Below are positions 11,950-25,586 of a stretch of DNA of 64,000 nucleotides, in pieces. The stretch is from Octopus sinensis (Eukaryota), in the NCBI RefSeq assembly GCF_006345805.1, contig NC_043002.1:1240001-1304000 (forward strand). Direction: 5' to 3'. The notes under the pieces are model-generated. The model did no database searches, was not told where the DNA came from, and was given only the letters and a program-made list of their open reading frames with translations. Within the stretch, counting starts at the first letter, position 1. Each line of letters begins with the position of its first letter. The position numbers and the translations under genes were made by a program.

Positions 11950-12617
11950 ATTGAGATTCAGAAGAATTTGGTATTTAAGTTGAAGCACCAATAATTAGTG
12001 CGGTATTAACCGTACAACTTTAAAATACGGTGAATAAAATCAAACTATATATTTCGCTTTTGTATTTGGTTTGCAAGATTCTTTGTGTGATTTCGTGTGT
12101 TGAAGCATTATTTTGTTGTGTCTGGGGAGAGTCATTCTCTTTTAGTGCCTTATTAACACACTCACCGATTTCCACTCATTTATTTTTACTAAAAGTTTCG
12201 ATGGACTTGCAACCTTTTCAATGGTCGTTGACTCTGTCCGTTATCGGAATTGAGTTCTTGTTTTTATACGCATGCGTGTGCTTGTGCATACACATGTGTA
12301 CGTATGTATGTGTATGCATGTATGTGTATGTGTGTATAAGCATATACAAATGTATGCATGTGCTTGTGTGTTCATGTTTGTGTGTTTGTGTGTGTATGAT
12401 TTTGTTTGTGTGTTAGTATGTATGCATGTGTGTGTGTGCGTGTGTATGCGCGTGTGTGTATTCACGCAGATAAAGTTTCACGACTCGTAAACATAGATAT
12501 GAATAAAATGGCATTTAGTATAGCATACAAGGATCTACATCTCAACATTACTTGTTTGGAACTGTGTTAATGGTTGTGAAACATCTGAAAAAAAGAGAAA
12601 TGAATTTCTGTTGTTAC

Positions 12618-12831
12618 TTGGAAGTGATTCCTGTGTCTGTTAGCAATCGAATGATTACGTGAAGCAGCAATATGTCCGACACATTTCTCAGAATATTAAT
12701 TTTATGTTCTTTGAACTGAATATAATCAATAGAATTCTCCAATCGCCTAATTTCATGTACAGAAATGCCAAAGTTTAAACTAAAAATATCCACTCTATAG
12801 TCTTCTTTTGGTTGCATAATAATTTCGTGTT
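12618..12831 (-). CDS. Candidate internal coding exon (EHEIIMQPKEDYRVDIFSLNFGISVHEIRRLENSIDYIQFKEHKINILRNVSDILLLHVIIRLLTDTGITSK), product unknown
   Basis: 214-nt open frame (phase 1 in, phase 2 out); poly-T acceptor …ttttttttctaatgatag and gtaaca donor; globular-looking, non-repetitive peptide. Confidence 0.4.
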
Positions 12832-13282
12832 CTATCATTAGAAAAAAAATAAAATAAGTTGCAATGGAAATAGAAAATCATTTTACAAGTTAATTAAAAT
12901 GCGAGATAATGGCAATTTCATAATTTTATTCCAAATTATGGAAATATGATGCAGAATATTATATTAAGAAAACAAATTTGGTATGAAAGATTACAGCGGA
13001 GTACACTTACAAGAAAGTTATTAATAAGAAAGTGTATTAAAGCTAATGATCTTATGAGATAATCCTTTAGAATTCTATGAGAGCTCATCTGTTATTGAGG
13101 ATATCAAAATATATTCTTCCTTTCCTGATGGTATGAAAAAGCGATTCGCTTGATATTTGTTTATCACAGATATTTATAAATGCGTGAATAGAGTAATTTA
13201 TTTTAATGTTATACCTACAGTAATATATGACTACAATGTATCACTTAAATAGACTCCCTAATTTTATACAATTAATGAAATA

Positions 13283-13492
13283 TATGAAGGGGAGGGCTGA
13301 AAAGTTCCAGGCTTTGGGTAAAAGAAAACACAAGAAGATCAGTTAATTAGGATTTCGTTCAACACATTTCCCTCTCAGATTCACACGCTTATTGCAGCGG
13401 TCCTTCAGTTTTCTAAAACTCGGAAGGTTGGGCCTCCACCCAGTCCTTTTGCGATACCCTTAAAGCTAGGAACTTTTCATTACCCTCTCGTA
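13283..13492. mobile_element. ~210-bp mariner-derived MITE
   Basis: TA-bounded imperfect TIRs tatgaaggggagggctgaaaagttccaggcttt / aaagctaggaacttttcattaccctctcgta, similar to the ends of the element at 54655-55925. Confidence 0.8.
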
Positions 13493-14871
13493 TATGATAG
13501 TATGTATTATAAATGTATTAAAACTAGGAAGTTGAGGATAAAAAAGGTATCTTAAGATAAACAACCACAATTATTGTCATTCCCTAATATGTATGTTTGT
13601 ATTCTTAGTAAACAAATATTTATCTAACTTTTTCACTACAATTCCAAACTGATTTTCTTCTGAAAAACAATGATTATTAAAGTTTTGGCTCTGCTGAAAA
13701 TAATAACTGTCCGTCCGTCCGTCCGTCCGTCCGTCTGTCCGTCTCTCTCTCTCAGACACATACACGCTCAAATATATCGTGTTCGTGTATATGTGTGTAT
13801 GTTTAACAGTGTTTATGTGAATAGGTGTGTGTGTAAAGTGACAGACTGACAGACAGACTAAGCAGTCAAGAGACAGCATTCGAAACGAAATCATGTGTCT
13901 ATCTGGCTAATGCGATAGGGTGAGTCAGCAGATTTGAGCGAGTATTAGATTTGAAGGAAGAGTGAGGAAAATTTTGGCACTTGACCCCTAGGTCATACTT
14001 TCATCTGTAGAAAATGCAGAGACGCAAATATTTAATCTCCATTTGTAGAATGATTTTCTAGAATTAATTATAATGAATGCATTACGTTCTGTATAATGCG
14101 TCAATTAATACATTTTTTGAAATTTTATCACTAATTAATGGTTTTTAAACTCTCTCTAAACCGAAAGGATGTCTATCAGTTTTGATAATATAGGCTGAGC
14201 TTGAGAAATCACTTTTCCTATTCTTTTACACCGGAATATGTTATTGCTTCCGTTTATTGAGAGCTGCTCTGCCAAGCAACATTGCGTTAAACTTGGTGCT
14301 TGTAACCCATGCAATATAATTTTTATTGCTGACATAATGGAATTATCGTATATAGTGTTTGTTTGATATCTCTAAATCCGATCTACGTTTTACCTTCAAC
14401 CCCCATTCAATTACATGCATTTTTATTTTATACCTCACAGCTTTCAATTTTTTTTAGTTTCTACTTCAAATTCGCAATTCCTGTTTGTTATGGCAACGAT
14501 TGGCATTGCAAAGACTTTGTATCCTCTGATAACCTTTTATAGTCACTCCCTTCTTTTTTTCCACATGACAGCATTAAACGTGTTATGCTTACGTTTAGGA
14601 GCAAAACATTTGTTTAGGTGTGGACAGTTTCTAAAGTTACATATATCTTGACGTTATTTTGCATACTCAAGAGACGATTTCCTTCACTTAATGTCGTGTC
14701 AAGTTGCATTTAACATTCTTTCATCGACAATTACACAGATTCATCGTTCACATATTCTGCTAATTTTATAATTTTTGCTGAAAATATTTTCTTCGTATAC
14801 CGAGTCACTCTGATACAGTATGTGGTTTATATGATATACACAACATATTATGAACCGTATCTTAAAGACCA

Positions 14872-15045
14872 AAATAAATCACATTGTATAAACCACATTA
14901 TTTACACCACATTTCATAATCCTTATTATATAAATCACGTCGTATAAACCAAATTCTATAGACCACGTTTTATTAACCACATTATATAAACTACATTTGT
15001 AACATCACATCTTCTGAACCCCTTATAAATTGCATAATATAGGAA
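14872..15045. repeat. Degenerate ~15-bp minisatellite (approx. AAACCACATTATATA)
   Basis: Repeated aaccacatt/aatcacatt/accacgtt units spaced about 15 nt apart. Confidence 0.6.
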
Positions 15046-17116
15046 CCAGTTTAATGTATTCCCGAGTATTGATCTCCTATGCAACACGTACCCCTCTCAA
15101 AAATGGTAAATTGTTATTGTTGGTACGTCTATTGCCACATAAGATCTGTCTTAGTACCAGGCTTAGAGACCCTAAAAAGGACCGTATTGTCCTTCATCCT
15201 TTGATTAAGCAATTGAAATGAATAAAAATTCGGAATGGTGCAGCGTATTTTCCAGAGATTGTGGGACGGGTCCCTTTAGTTGCCAAATCGAAAATGCATT
15301 TCTAACCTCCAGCTGAATTGAGAAAAGATCTGGTCTTTATTGTCGTTGTACAATGTGAGGGAAACCTAAACTAGAGTTGATTATTAGCGCTATACAGTTG
15401 AAGTGGATCGGAAAATAACAGCGAGAATAGAATGTTTAATTTTGAGATTAGATTTTTATTTTGCTTTGAAGAATAATGTAGATTCTAGAAGAACTGTAAT
15501 GTTTCAGGATTTAAAGATATAAATGTGCCAATACAAATGGAATAGTTTGAGTGCTGAGAAAGTAATTAGAAAATCTGTACAAGAGATTGTTTGGGAAACG
15601 GTGTTTGACGAATCAATACAAAGTATAAATATTGACGGGTTTCATTGTTGATGCGAAACGTATGATTCCTAGATGAAAGGAATTAAATAGCAAGAAATGA
15701 AATAAGTAGCCACACGAGTTTATCAAATTAATAACACACACAGAGATAGTTTATCAGGTTATATAACAACATTTATAATGCGTTTAATAACAGTGTTTAC
15801 AAGAATATTTTTGCTCCTCACAGTTATTTCCACAAATTTTCGTCCACACTTTGCTGTACATTATTGAGATGTCTCTAACGTATTATCTGATACAACTGAA
15901 ATCGTACATTTTGGATGCCTGAAAAATAGAAAAAATAAAAACTTAAAATTCCAAGCAACAGGAATGAGTTTTTAAAATGTTTAACTACTCAACGCTTAAT
16001 CGAGTCCAGACCCTGAAGATTGAAATGTAAATTAAGGAAACGATTAACATTTTTGTGGACTGTTAACCTGGTCATTTGTGAAAGATGTATTAGTATTTAT
16101 ATCTACAAAATAGATGTAATTATTAAAACATTCCTCTCTGGTTCATTTTATCCTTTGGGGTTATAGAAAACTATTATCATGTTACAGAATCTTAGTCAGG
16201 GGAATAATAATCATTTTGCACAATAACCCAGACATTCAATAAAATATGAAATATAATATAGGTTCAATCAATTTAATTCACTGATTAATTTATATCGATT
16301 TGAGAAATTATACCAAAGAATGATTGCTAATACAAGGTCAGAAATTTGTCAGAAAGTTTCGATTTAATCGACTCCAAGACTTGGTTGACCCCAGGAGAGA
16401 AGTTAAAGTTGTTCGCAGTAGGATCTGGACTCCATTATCATACCAAATAATGCTCTATCATTCTAGAACGATCTAAATTGAAAACTTTTATAAATTGAGA
16501 ACTTTAATTATTCAATACTGTTTACAGCTTTTCGCACGAATGAAAATATCTAAAAATATGACAGAAAATAGTGATTAATTACACAATGTGATATATAAAA
16601 GTATAGAGAGCTGAACGAACGGCAAGGTGAGACCAACAGATCAATTATTTCAGATGTTATACTTCAACCAGGTATTGAACCCATACCAACGATATAAAGG
16701 GGCTTATCGGGTTTTAAAGTTTTCCTTTTGCTTGTTGATTTTTTTTAATAACCGTAGCATAAAAATTACATAAAATTTAAAATTTCTGTCTTCTTCGTAG
16801 TTTTTGGTGATTTACTTGGGAAAAATAACCTCGTAAGCGTGTTTACTGGTTGGGAAAAATGGTTTTGTGAAATGCTGTTGCTGACAGAGTCTTTGACACT
16901 ATTTAAGGTCTGATGCAAAATGAAAATATTTGACCTTGTTGGATTTTATGAGCAGTTTTCTTGTTTAGTTACTGAATCTGGATGTTAAGTTCTATTTCTC
17001 ATATATGTATGCTTTTTGACGTGTTTGTGGTCGCACTCCTCTTTTTCTCTATTGTAGAATCAGGTATTTAATTTCCGAAATCCAAGCTATTATCGTTTAA
17101 TATTATCCCGTCATAA

Positions 17117-17515
17117 GGCGGCGAGCTGGCAGAAACGTTAGCACGCTGGGCGAAATACGTAGCCGTATTTTGTCTGCCGTTACGTTCTGAGTTCAAATTC
17201 CGCCCAGGTCGACTTTGCCTTTCATCCTTTTGGGGTCGATAAATTAAGTACCAGTTACGCACTGGGGTCGATGTAATCGACGTTTATCCCTTTGTCTATC
17301 CCTGTTTGTCCTCTCTGTGTTTAGCCCCTTGTGGGTTGTAAAGAAATAGGTATTTCATCAGTCTTTACGTTCTGAGTTCAAATTCCACCGAGGTCGATTT
17401 TGTCTTTCATCCTTTCGGGGTCGATGAATTAAGTAACAGTTGCGAACTGGGGAGGATCTAATCGACTGGCCTCCACCCACAAAATTTCAGGCCTTGTGCC
17501 CAGGGTGGAAAAGAA
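17117..17515 (+). mobile_element. tRNA-derived SINE dimer (family S1) with 16-bp target-site duplication
   Basis: Head ggcggcgagctggcagaaacgttagc…gagttcaaattcc (A/B-box-like); core gtcgactttgcctttcatcc…ggggtcgataaattaagtacc present twice; TSD tattatcccgtcataa at 17101-17116 and 17516-17531. Confidence 0.85.
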
Positions 17516-17531
17516 TATTATCCCGTCATAA

Positions 17532-17715
17532 GGGGGACGAGCCGTTAGCATGGGGGTGGGGGTGGGGTGGATGCATAACGACATTTCGTTCATCTTTATG
17601 TTTTGGGTTCAAATTCCGCCGAGATCGACATCACCGTTCATCCCTTCAGGATCGATAAAATAAGTGCAAGCTGTGCACTGGGGTCGATGTAATCGACTTC
17701 ACTCCCTACCTCGAA
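17532..17715 (+). mobile_element. Older, diverged S1 SINE copy
   Basis: ccgttagca…gggttcaaattccgccgagatcgac…catcccttcaggatcgataaaataag…ggggtcgatgtaatcgac. Confidence 0.75.
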
Positions 17716-18678
17716 ATTATTGATTACCTTGTGAAATATCTGTTTAGGATCCTCTGCAACGATTTTATTGAATATTTGGGCTGATATATTCTTTACCCCT
17801 TATTCACCGCCACCACAGCCTCTGCCAGTGTTGTTGCCTGCTGCGATGAGGAATGTCTGTTGTTGGCAGCCATCATCTCACCAACGACTATGACAAGAGC
17901 ACATCATCACCCCTTGCCATCCCTCACCACCACCACCACCACCACGACATTTACTATTATTACGATCACTGACCTACCACCACGACCTTCACCCTCCACT
18001 GACAGCTGTCTTCACCACCGCCGCTACCAACCTACATCCTGTCTTCCACCTCCATCCCCTGCACCAATATCCCCAATGCGACCTCAACAACACCAGCATT
18101 TGGGGAGCTGCTGCTACTAGCACAAGAACCGAACTAAAACGGGGTCACTGATCATCCGGTTTCCAAAATGTTTCTAAAAACACATTTCTTTAACCGTATC
18201 CTTCTGAAGATACGTCTTTGCGCCCAAAATATGTTTTCTTTTTAAAACTGCATTGTTGGAAACTTTCCTTATTTCTCGTTTCATTTAATATTCTAATTCT
18301 TTGTTGATAAATTCATGAATTCTGTGAACTGTAGTTGATTATGACTTTTATGGGATGCGTTTTTAATAAGGTTTTTATAAAAATAAGTTTGAACGGAGTT
18401 TCTTGTACTTTTCATTGAAGGTGTTTGGAAGGGGGTTCTGAGATCATTTCTCACGTGTAAGAGAAAATGTCAACAGTTTGTCGCAACACGTTAGTGTCAC
18501 ATTTTGAGAATGGACAGAAAATCTGCTTGTGATGCTATTATATCTGCTCCTGTGTCCTCTCTGTTGTTATTGGATCTCGATAACTGATGGAGAAATTCAG
18601 CCCCTGTTCAAGTATGGAGCTTAGGTTTTTATTTTGATTGTATTATCGTATGTTGTTATTGCTTGAGTTCTGTATGTT

Positions 18679-18713
<35 letters not shown>

Positions 18714-18749
18714 ATCTCTCACACACACATCATGGGACTAAACAGCAAC

Positions 18750-18926
18750 TATATATCGTTACGTTCTAAGTTCAAATTCCGCCGAGGTCGACTTTGCCTT
18801 TCATCCTTTCGGGGTCGATAAATTAAGTCCCATTTACGCACTGGGGTCGATGTAATTTACTTCATCCGTTTGTCTGTCCTTGTTTGTTCCCTCTGTGTTT
18901 ATCCCCTTGTGGGTAGTAAAGAAATA
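18750..18926 (+). mobile_element. 5'-truncated S1 SINE
   Basis: Close match to 17180-17348. Confidence 0.9.
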
Positions 18927-19744
18927 TATTGCGCTTGCACACATTTTCCTGTATTTTGCATGAGGGAAGTTACCCTAATACAGCACTCATGAATGAAATG
19001 TTCACAAAAATTGAAAGAAAACTTCTCCAATGCTCTTTATTTGATCAGCTTTGCCAAATGTTTAAACTTCTCGGCCAAAGTTATGTCAATTTCTCTTCCA
19101 ATTATTCAAACCATTTTTACTTTGTATGAAATGATTAGAAACAAAGATTCGAATGGAAATATACCAACACAGTTATATTGTATGTATTTATGTATCCTTG
19201 TGCGACTCATGAGTGGACGACTGAATTCTTTTTATATAGAATTATTAAGTATAACATGGCGAATTGGATTAAATATAAATATCTCGTTCATTAATTAATT
19301 TTAAAACATTATTCATTATGTGCATTAGTATAACATTTTAAAATTTATAATCTGCCGAGAGACTATTTTTTTCAGAAAATAGCATCTTGCTGCCATTCCG
19401 AGCTTTTACTGAATCGATAATCCACTTTTATGGCTTTTTCATCGATAATTATTATCGTTTAAGGAAATCTTTCATTTAATTTCAGAAAATTTTAAAATCA
19501 AACAGAATCATAAGTGACTGCATTGAAGTCGATTTATATGACATATTTAATCTTAATTAGTCATTCTAATTAATTCCGATTTAAAGTTAAATGAAATTAA
19601 TTTTCGATAGATATTTACGAAAGGACGCATAGTTTACTGTGTCCACTTATTGTTATGCATTATTATATACGTTAATATTGTATTAAACTATTATATTTAT
19701 TATTTCTAAATCTCTCAGAGACATGCAGTAACAGTTCTGGAAGG

Positions 19745-20225
19745 AACGATGTTATCGCTGTTTTGGCCCCACCTCCCAAACATCTTTTCTAGCTGGTTAT
19801 ACGACACAATATCTGTGTCCTTATATTTTCCAGCAGGGGGTGTAGCCAACTAGAAACTATGTTTCTTGGGGCCAAAACAACAGTAACGTCCAGGACAGCC
19901 ACATTATGTTGACAAATAGCCTTTACTTTAAAGAACTGTTATTGAATGACTCTCTTTGAGACATTTAGAAGTATTTCTATTTTTAGATCAATGACTGTGT
20001 GTCACTTCCAAAACTGTCTATTCGTATGGTGAATTCAGCAATGCCACCTGGCCAAGCAGCTTCTCTGTGTTGGTGAAGAGCAATAAACCAGGAACTAGTC
20101 CACAGATGTTGTTTTGCGCTAGGTGAGAGTGCTGAGCTCCCTGTTCGAAAAAATGAGGACACAGATATTGTGTCTTATAGCCAGCGAGAAACGATATTTC
20201 TCGAGGCTAAAGCAACAGTGACATC
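19745..20225. repeat. Repeat element with one inverted and two direct copies of a ~75-bp unit (MITE-like)
   Basis: tctagctggttatacgacacaatatctgtgtcct (19788-19821) is inverted relative to 20156-20189; ttttggcccca is inverted relative to tggggccaaaa (~19867-19877). Confidence 0.6.
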
Positions 20226-20296
20226 TTTCTTTCCAGGTCAGCTGCATTATGTTGGCCAATGGCCTTTACTATATTATTATATGATAACGAATTATA

Positions 20297-20355
<59 letters not shown>

Positions 20356-20623
20356 CATCTAATATAGGATAAAATTTTTCGAAAACAATTCTATCAATGG
20401 CCAGCATATTAAAAATACCTTTAAAGGTTACATTTATAGACAGCTTATAAACAAGGGCAAAAGAAAAAATTCAAATGCCAAATATGCCGAAAATAGACAA
20501 GTCGTCAATAACCATATAATTTATCACGATAAATTATCTGGTTATTGACGACTTTTCGGCATATTTGGCATTTGAATGTTTTTCTTTTGCCCTTGTTTAT
20601 AAGTTGTATATATAGTATATATA

Positions 20624-20663
<40 letters not shown>

Positions 20664-20678
20664 TACATATATTATATA

Positions 20679-20810
20679 GCGTTTCGGCAAAAGAGACCGA
20701 TAGAATAAGTACTGGGCTTACAAAAGAATAATTTCCGGGGTCGAGTTGCTCGATTAAAGGCGGTGCTCCAGCATGGCCGCAGTCAAATGACTGAAACAAG
20801 TAAAAGAGTA
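20679..20810 (+). mobile_element. 3' part of SINE family S2
   Basis: ttcggcaaaagagaccgatagaataagtactgg…gggtcgagttgctcgattaaaggcggtgctccagcatggccgcagtcaaatgactgaaacaagtaaaagag matches the 3' ends at 46.3 and 52.3 kb. Confidence 0.9.
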
Positions 20811-20842
20811 TACATATGTATATATTATATAAATATATATAT

Positions 20843-20953
<111 letters not shown>

Positions 20954-21138
20954 TTAACCTATTCTTAGATATTATATATCTTTACTCGTGAATCTTACAT
21001 GTTCACACAGGTGGATATGTTTGAATCATCAGGTGAAGAAAGTTTAAATGATTTTAAACTTTTAGAATTGGTCGAATACTGTAAAGATGAATGGAATGTC
21101 GACTCTTTTCTCCTTCGCATTAATAAAGGTGAGATAAG

Positions 21139-21657
21139 TGTGGCGGGGAGGACATTGCAGTGATATACCGTTGGTTGCCTGTTTCGACATAGTCGGTCCT
21201 GGTTGTAGTGTTACGTCGAGTCAGCTGCTGTGAAGACAGATCTACGATTCGAATGACACATCTCAGGTTAGTGTTGGTTTACTTAAGTGAGTGTGGGAAT
21301 TGTACTGTCACAGGTCAGTTGTGGTTGTGATCGTTGCTTAGAAACTGCTCTGGTGACGTAATGGGTCGGGTCAGAGTTACGTTTAAGGTCACAACTTTGT
21401 ATCTTGTATTGAAACTGCTCAGTGTTCGTTGCAATGAGTCAGGCGAGCGCTGAATAAGCTCAGTGGTAAGACAGCTCTGAGTGATACGTCAGTTCAGTGA
21501 TGGTTGTAATAAAACTTTACAATGGTCGTTGAAATGATATAATATTTGTATGTACCGTTTTTGTTGTACTGAAACAGCCAGTGACACAACGTCGCTGTGG
21601 ATATTATAAAACCCTGAGTAATTATAAACATACGACTTAATTATAATCGCAATGACA
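21139..21657 (+). mobile_element. Possible solo LTR
   Basis: GC-richer ~520-bp block beginning TG and ending CA with an internal AATAAA; no matching TSD seen. Confidence 0.25.
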
Positions 21658-22394
21658 TAGTTTAAAGGCATCTCTGATGCTAGATTTAATGACACAATTC
21701 AATGCTGATTGCAAAGAAACAGCTTTGAGAAAGCGACGAAGTTAAAATATGGAAAGTGTAAAAAAATGACTTTCCTTTACTGAATGATCTTATTTTTTAA
21801 AACTTTGTGGCTTGATAAAATAAAACGACAGCCGCCAGGAAATTGCATCATTTCAACATTTCTCTTGATTGTTAGGCGTCATTAAATCTTATCATTTACA
21901 TTTGGCTGTTTTGATCTTTTTAAACTCTTGCCGTTGGATAGACATACACTCTCTTCTTACATTTCTCGTCCAAAAATCTTCCAATAAATAATCGTATTTT
22001 TGTTTACCTTCCTAATGAGTTACTGTTTTTAAGGTTATATTCTCAACAATCCGAGCTTGATAATTTAACTGAATGTTTTTAACGATGATTTTGGAAAATG
22101 AAAACTTATTTCAAACCATTTACTTTATTCGTTTCGGCAAAAGTTCAAGAAAGCAAACTTATTTTTTCTATTATTGCTGATCTCAATCTTAACTGCGCCG
22201 CTTTCCTCAAAGATTATTACACACACACGTACACACATAGATATACACATGCATAGATACATGTTCATACACACACATACATGCACATAAATATACCGAA
22301 ATTAAGAACATTTCATTGTTTCAATTAGAGATTCATAATATTCTGATTTCAAATTTTATCTTTCTAATATTTCGGTAAAACAACATATTTGTCT

Positions 22395-22868
22395 TGACGT
22401 ATATTTGTCATTTAAATATGGCTAACCCCTAAGGGTGGATGCTACTGTAGTTTGTAGTCCCAGGAGGACACCTCCTCCAGCTGGCTTTAGACACACTTTC
22501 TGTGCCCTATCGGTATTTGCAAAGGGAAGCCATCCTTCCCGTCTTCAACTTATGATACACACGGACTCGAGTTTCTGGGTATTTCCAGTATCTTTACGAT
22601 ACTGGAAAAGGGATAAGTATTTGCGAAGGGAACCTACTTTTCATCGACAACTGTGATTGTCACACGCCGATGACGGGTCAATACCCAGAAACTCGAGTCC
22701 GTGTGTATCATAAGTTGAAGACGGGAAGGATGGCTTCCCTTTGCAAATACTGATAAGGCACAGAAAGTGTGTCCATAGCCAGCTGGAGGAGGTGTCCTCC
22801 TGGGGCTACAAACTACAGTGGCATCCACCCTTAGGGGCTAGCCATATTTAAATGGCAAATATACGTCA
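22395..22868. mobile_element. Fold-back MITE with ~190-bp TIRs
   Basis: The 22395-~22585 arm is the reverse complement of ~22680-22868 (mirrored ORFs 22435+ and 22634-); ~95-bp spacer with an internal ttccagtatc/gatactggaa hairpin; no clear TSD. Confidence 0.9.
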
Positions 22869-23394
22869 CGATGTGTAGCAGCTACTATTTATAACTCGCT
22901 CTAAGATTTATTATTAACATATCTGTCTGTTTTGGCAAAAATATAAATTTCTCTATACTTTCAACTTGTTTTGAATAGTATCAGAGGAAACGGTACTAGT
23001 TAGTCCTTTGTGATATGCAGATAGTTCTTCTTTTAATACTGACCGGAAGTAAGAAAAACATGAAATATTTTAAAGAGTGACTTTTAAATAAACCCGGAAG
23101 TTGAAAGCCACGTTAAAAAAGATCATAAAACCAATCTTTTTAGAAAAAGAAATTAAAATCAGAAATTTTACGGTTTTGATAAAACTTAGCTGAAACAACA
23201 AAATAAGTAGAATTGTTGGTTCTTAATTTCTTGGCTTCATTATAATCATAGACAATTTAAAATCCTCCTGGTTTTATCCGCAATATAATGGTGAAATGAA
23301 ATTTTTCGTGCGCTTTGTAGAAGGTAGCGGACGACCATGGAAATAGTGTGTAAGGTGATAAAATCCTCATCACCTGATTTTAAAATTATACACC

Positions 23395-23640
23395 GATCAG
23401 ATCCTATGACGTTTCGCCAGAGCCGCCTTAACAGCATTGTAGGACCCCAACCTTATAGTATTTATTATTAGCAAGCCACAACATACATAGCTAAGTATTG
23501 AGCTGCAAGACCTGGGAGCCCTCTGGGCAGCTTCCCAGTTTACCCATGTTTTAAGACGGTCATGCATTTTATGGTTTATTGTAGGTTTTCTGGATCTCAG
23601 AGGGAAGTTTGGTCTGTAGGTCAAACTTTCTGTGAAGTTG
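23395..23640 (-). mobile_element. Probable Penelope-like GIY-YIG C-terminal remnant followed by a decayed HHR 3' half
   Basis: …TWVNWEAAQ…IINTIRLG resembles the PLE endonuclease end (INWE.AK…NT.N..G), immediately followed by ggcGAAACGTCatagg. Confidence 0.35.
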
Positions 23641-24094
23641 TAAACAGAATTCTATTGCAGTGGGTTAAAGATTTTCTTTGAAATTTTACTTTCCGTAACT
23701 TATTATATAATTATTTTCAACGTCTCCTTGTCAGTGTAGACTCAAACTACGAGAATGTGTTGTACTTGAGTGTCTGGTGTAACAGCTGAGTCATGGAGTC
23801 TGCAATTCCAGATTCACATCTGGAAACCTAGGAAACCACGCAACTCGAGACAAACAATATTAGATCGGTTGTGTTCTGGGGTTTCTTGAGTTACAATTGC
23901 GCATTGAAGAAGAGGTTCTTCATTCCGACGTAGTAACACCTCCGTCTTCAATGCGACATGTATGAGAGAACATTTGCTGTCTACAAGTACAGACATGTGT
24001 ATATATGTATATACGTATGTATGTATGTATGTATGTATGTATGTATGTATGTATGTATGTATGTATGTATGTATGTATGTATGTGTGTACGTAT

Positions 24095-24890
24095 GTGCAG
24101 ATTTATATGTTTTGTTTTATGTATGTATTCTCATGCCTATAGTTGCGTATCCAGACATACTCATATATATATTTAAATGATAAACTTCTGGAAAGTTTTA
24201 CAGATTTTTTCAGTTCCAGTGATGGATTGGATCTGCAGTCTTCGAATCAGCTTTCTACTTTCTGGTTTTGGGAAGCATATTTTTTCAAATTAGTCTTTAA
24301 GCAGTGTGTTACATATCTCAGTGCCCCAACAATTACAGGTATACACCTGAAGCTATAATCTAGATAGAGTAGCTGTAGATTTCTCCATATTTCAGCGTAG
24401 ATACTTTCTCTTTCGCTGATCTTTAGTTTTATATTAATATTCGCTGGGTAGCTGATTTCTTCAGCTGTACACAGTTTCTCTTCTTCATCCCAAATTACTA
24501 TGTCAGGTCTCTTATGTTTACATTTTATTGAGGTTTTCACAGTATTTGGCTTTTACTACACGGTAGGTTCTTATTTCTTTGGCCTTGGGATTATTCTTCC
24601 GACGGATTTCGTTATACGGTGTCCTTTCTACAACATTATATATCATCGGTAGTTAAACAGTGATGACATTTTCGGACAGTTGCTTACAATGCGGGTGATA
24701 TCTTCGTTATCGTTTATCACATTCTGCTGCTTTTCCTACGTCTCTCTCTCTCCCTTTTGCGCGTCAGGGATTTGGTTGATATTTCTTGTTGTTTGATTGC
24801 AAACGCATACCCTCCTCAGTGAGAGTTAGTAATCGGGTGGTTGGTCCATGATAGACTGCTTTAATGATCAATGTTACTATCATCCCGGAG
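24095..24890 (-). mobile_element. 5'-truncated RLE-type non-LTR retrotransposon (R4/Dong-like), copy 1
   Basis: KHKRPDIVIWD…EIS.P..INIKLKISERE.IY is the PD-(D/E)xK-type restriction-like endonuclease; colinear with 62050-62865; (TACA)n on both sides in element orientation. Confidence 0.85.
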
Positions 24891-25340
24891 TATGTGTGTG
24901 TATGTATATACGTATGTATGTATGCATGTATGTATGTATGTATGTATGTATGTATGTATGTATGTATGTATGTATGTATGTATGTATGTATGTATGTATG
25001 TATGTATGTATGTATGTATGTATGAATGTATGTATGAATGTATGTATATACGTATGTATGTATGAATGTATGTATGCATGTATGTATGTATGTATGTATG
25101 TATGTATGTATGAATGTATGTATGAATGTATGTATATACGTATGTATGTATGAATGTATGTATGAATGTATGTATATACGTATGTATGTATGTATGTATG
25201 TATGTATGTATGTATATACGTATGTATGTATGTATGTATGCATGTATGTATGTATGTATGTATGTATGTATGTATGCATGCATGTGTGTATGTATGTATG
25301 TATACGTGTATATACGTACATATGTGTTCATGTATATGTG
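24891..25340. repeat. (TATG)n array
   Basis: Direct reading; a second (TATG)n tract at ~24015-24090 flanks the other end of the LINE. Confidence 0.95.
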
Positions 25341-25541
25341 CATGTATGTATGTTTGCGTACTTATGTATATATGTACGTATGTATGTATGCATTGTGCAT
25401 GAATGTGTGTATGTACGTGCATATGTTATTGGAATTTCATACATCTACAAGGTTTTTCTGCATGTTTGTGTTTATAGCGCAAGTATTTGAAATCAATGTA
25501 GATCTGGATGTTTTGTTCTATGTATATATCTATAAATACAG

Positions 25542-25586
<45 letters not shown>

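Noticed and set aside
17860-18120. Pro/Thr/His-rich ORF
   Set aside because: Decayed (CCA)n low-complexity tract without convincing splice sites.
18440-18630. Minus-strand LSSILEQGLNFS resembling the PLE N-terminal LSxGLNF motif
   Set aside because: A single short motif in heavily degraded sequence; insufficient to call.
22395-22868. TTGAAGA followed by a hairpin (gggaag…cttccc) in the fold-back MITE as a possible hammerhead
   Set aside because: No GAAA after the stem (ttgCAAA) and no stem I/III; treated as an ordinary MITE.
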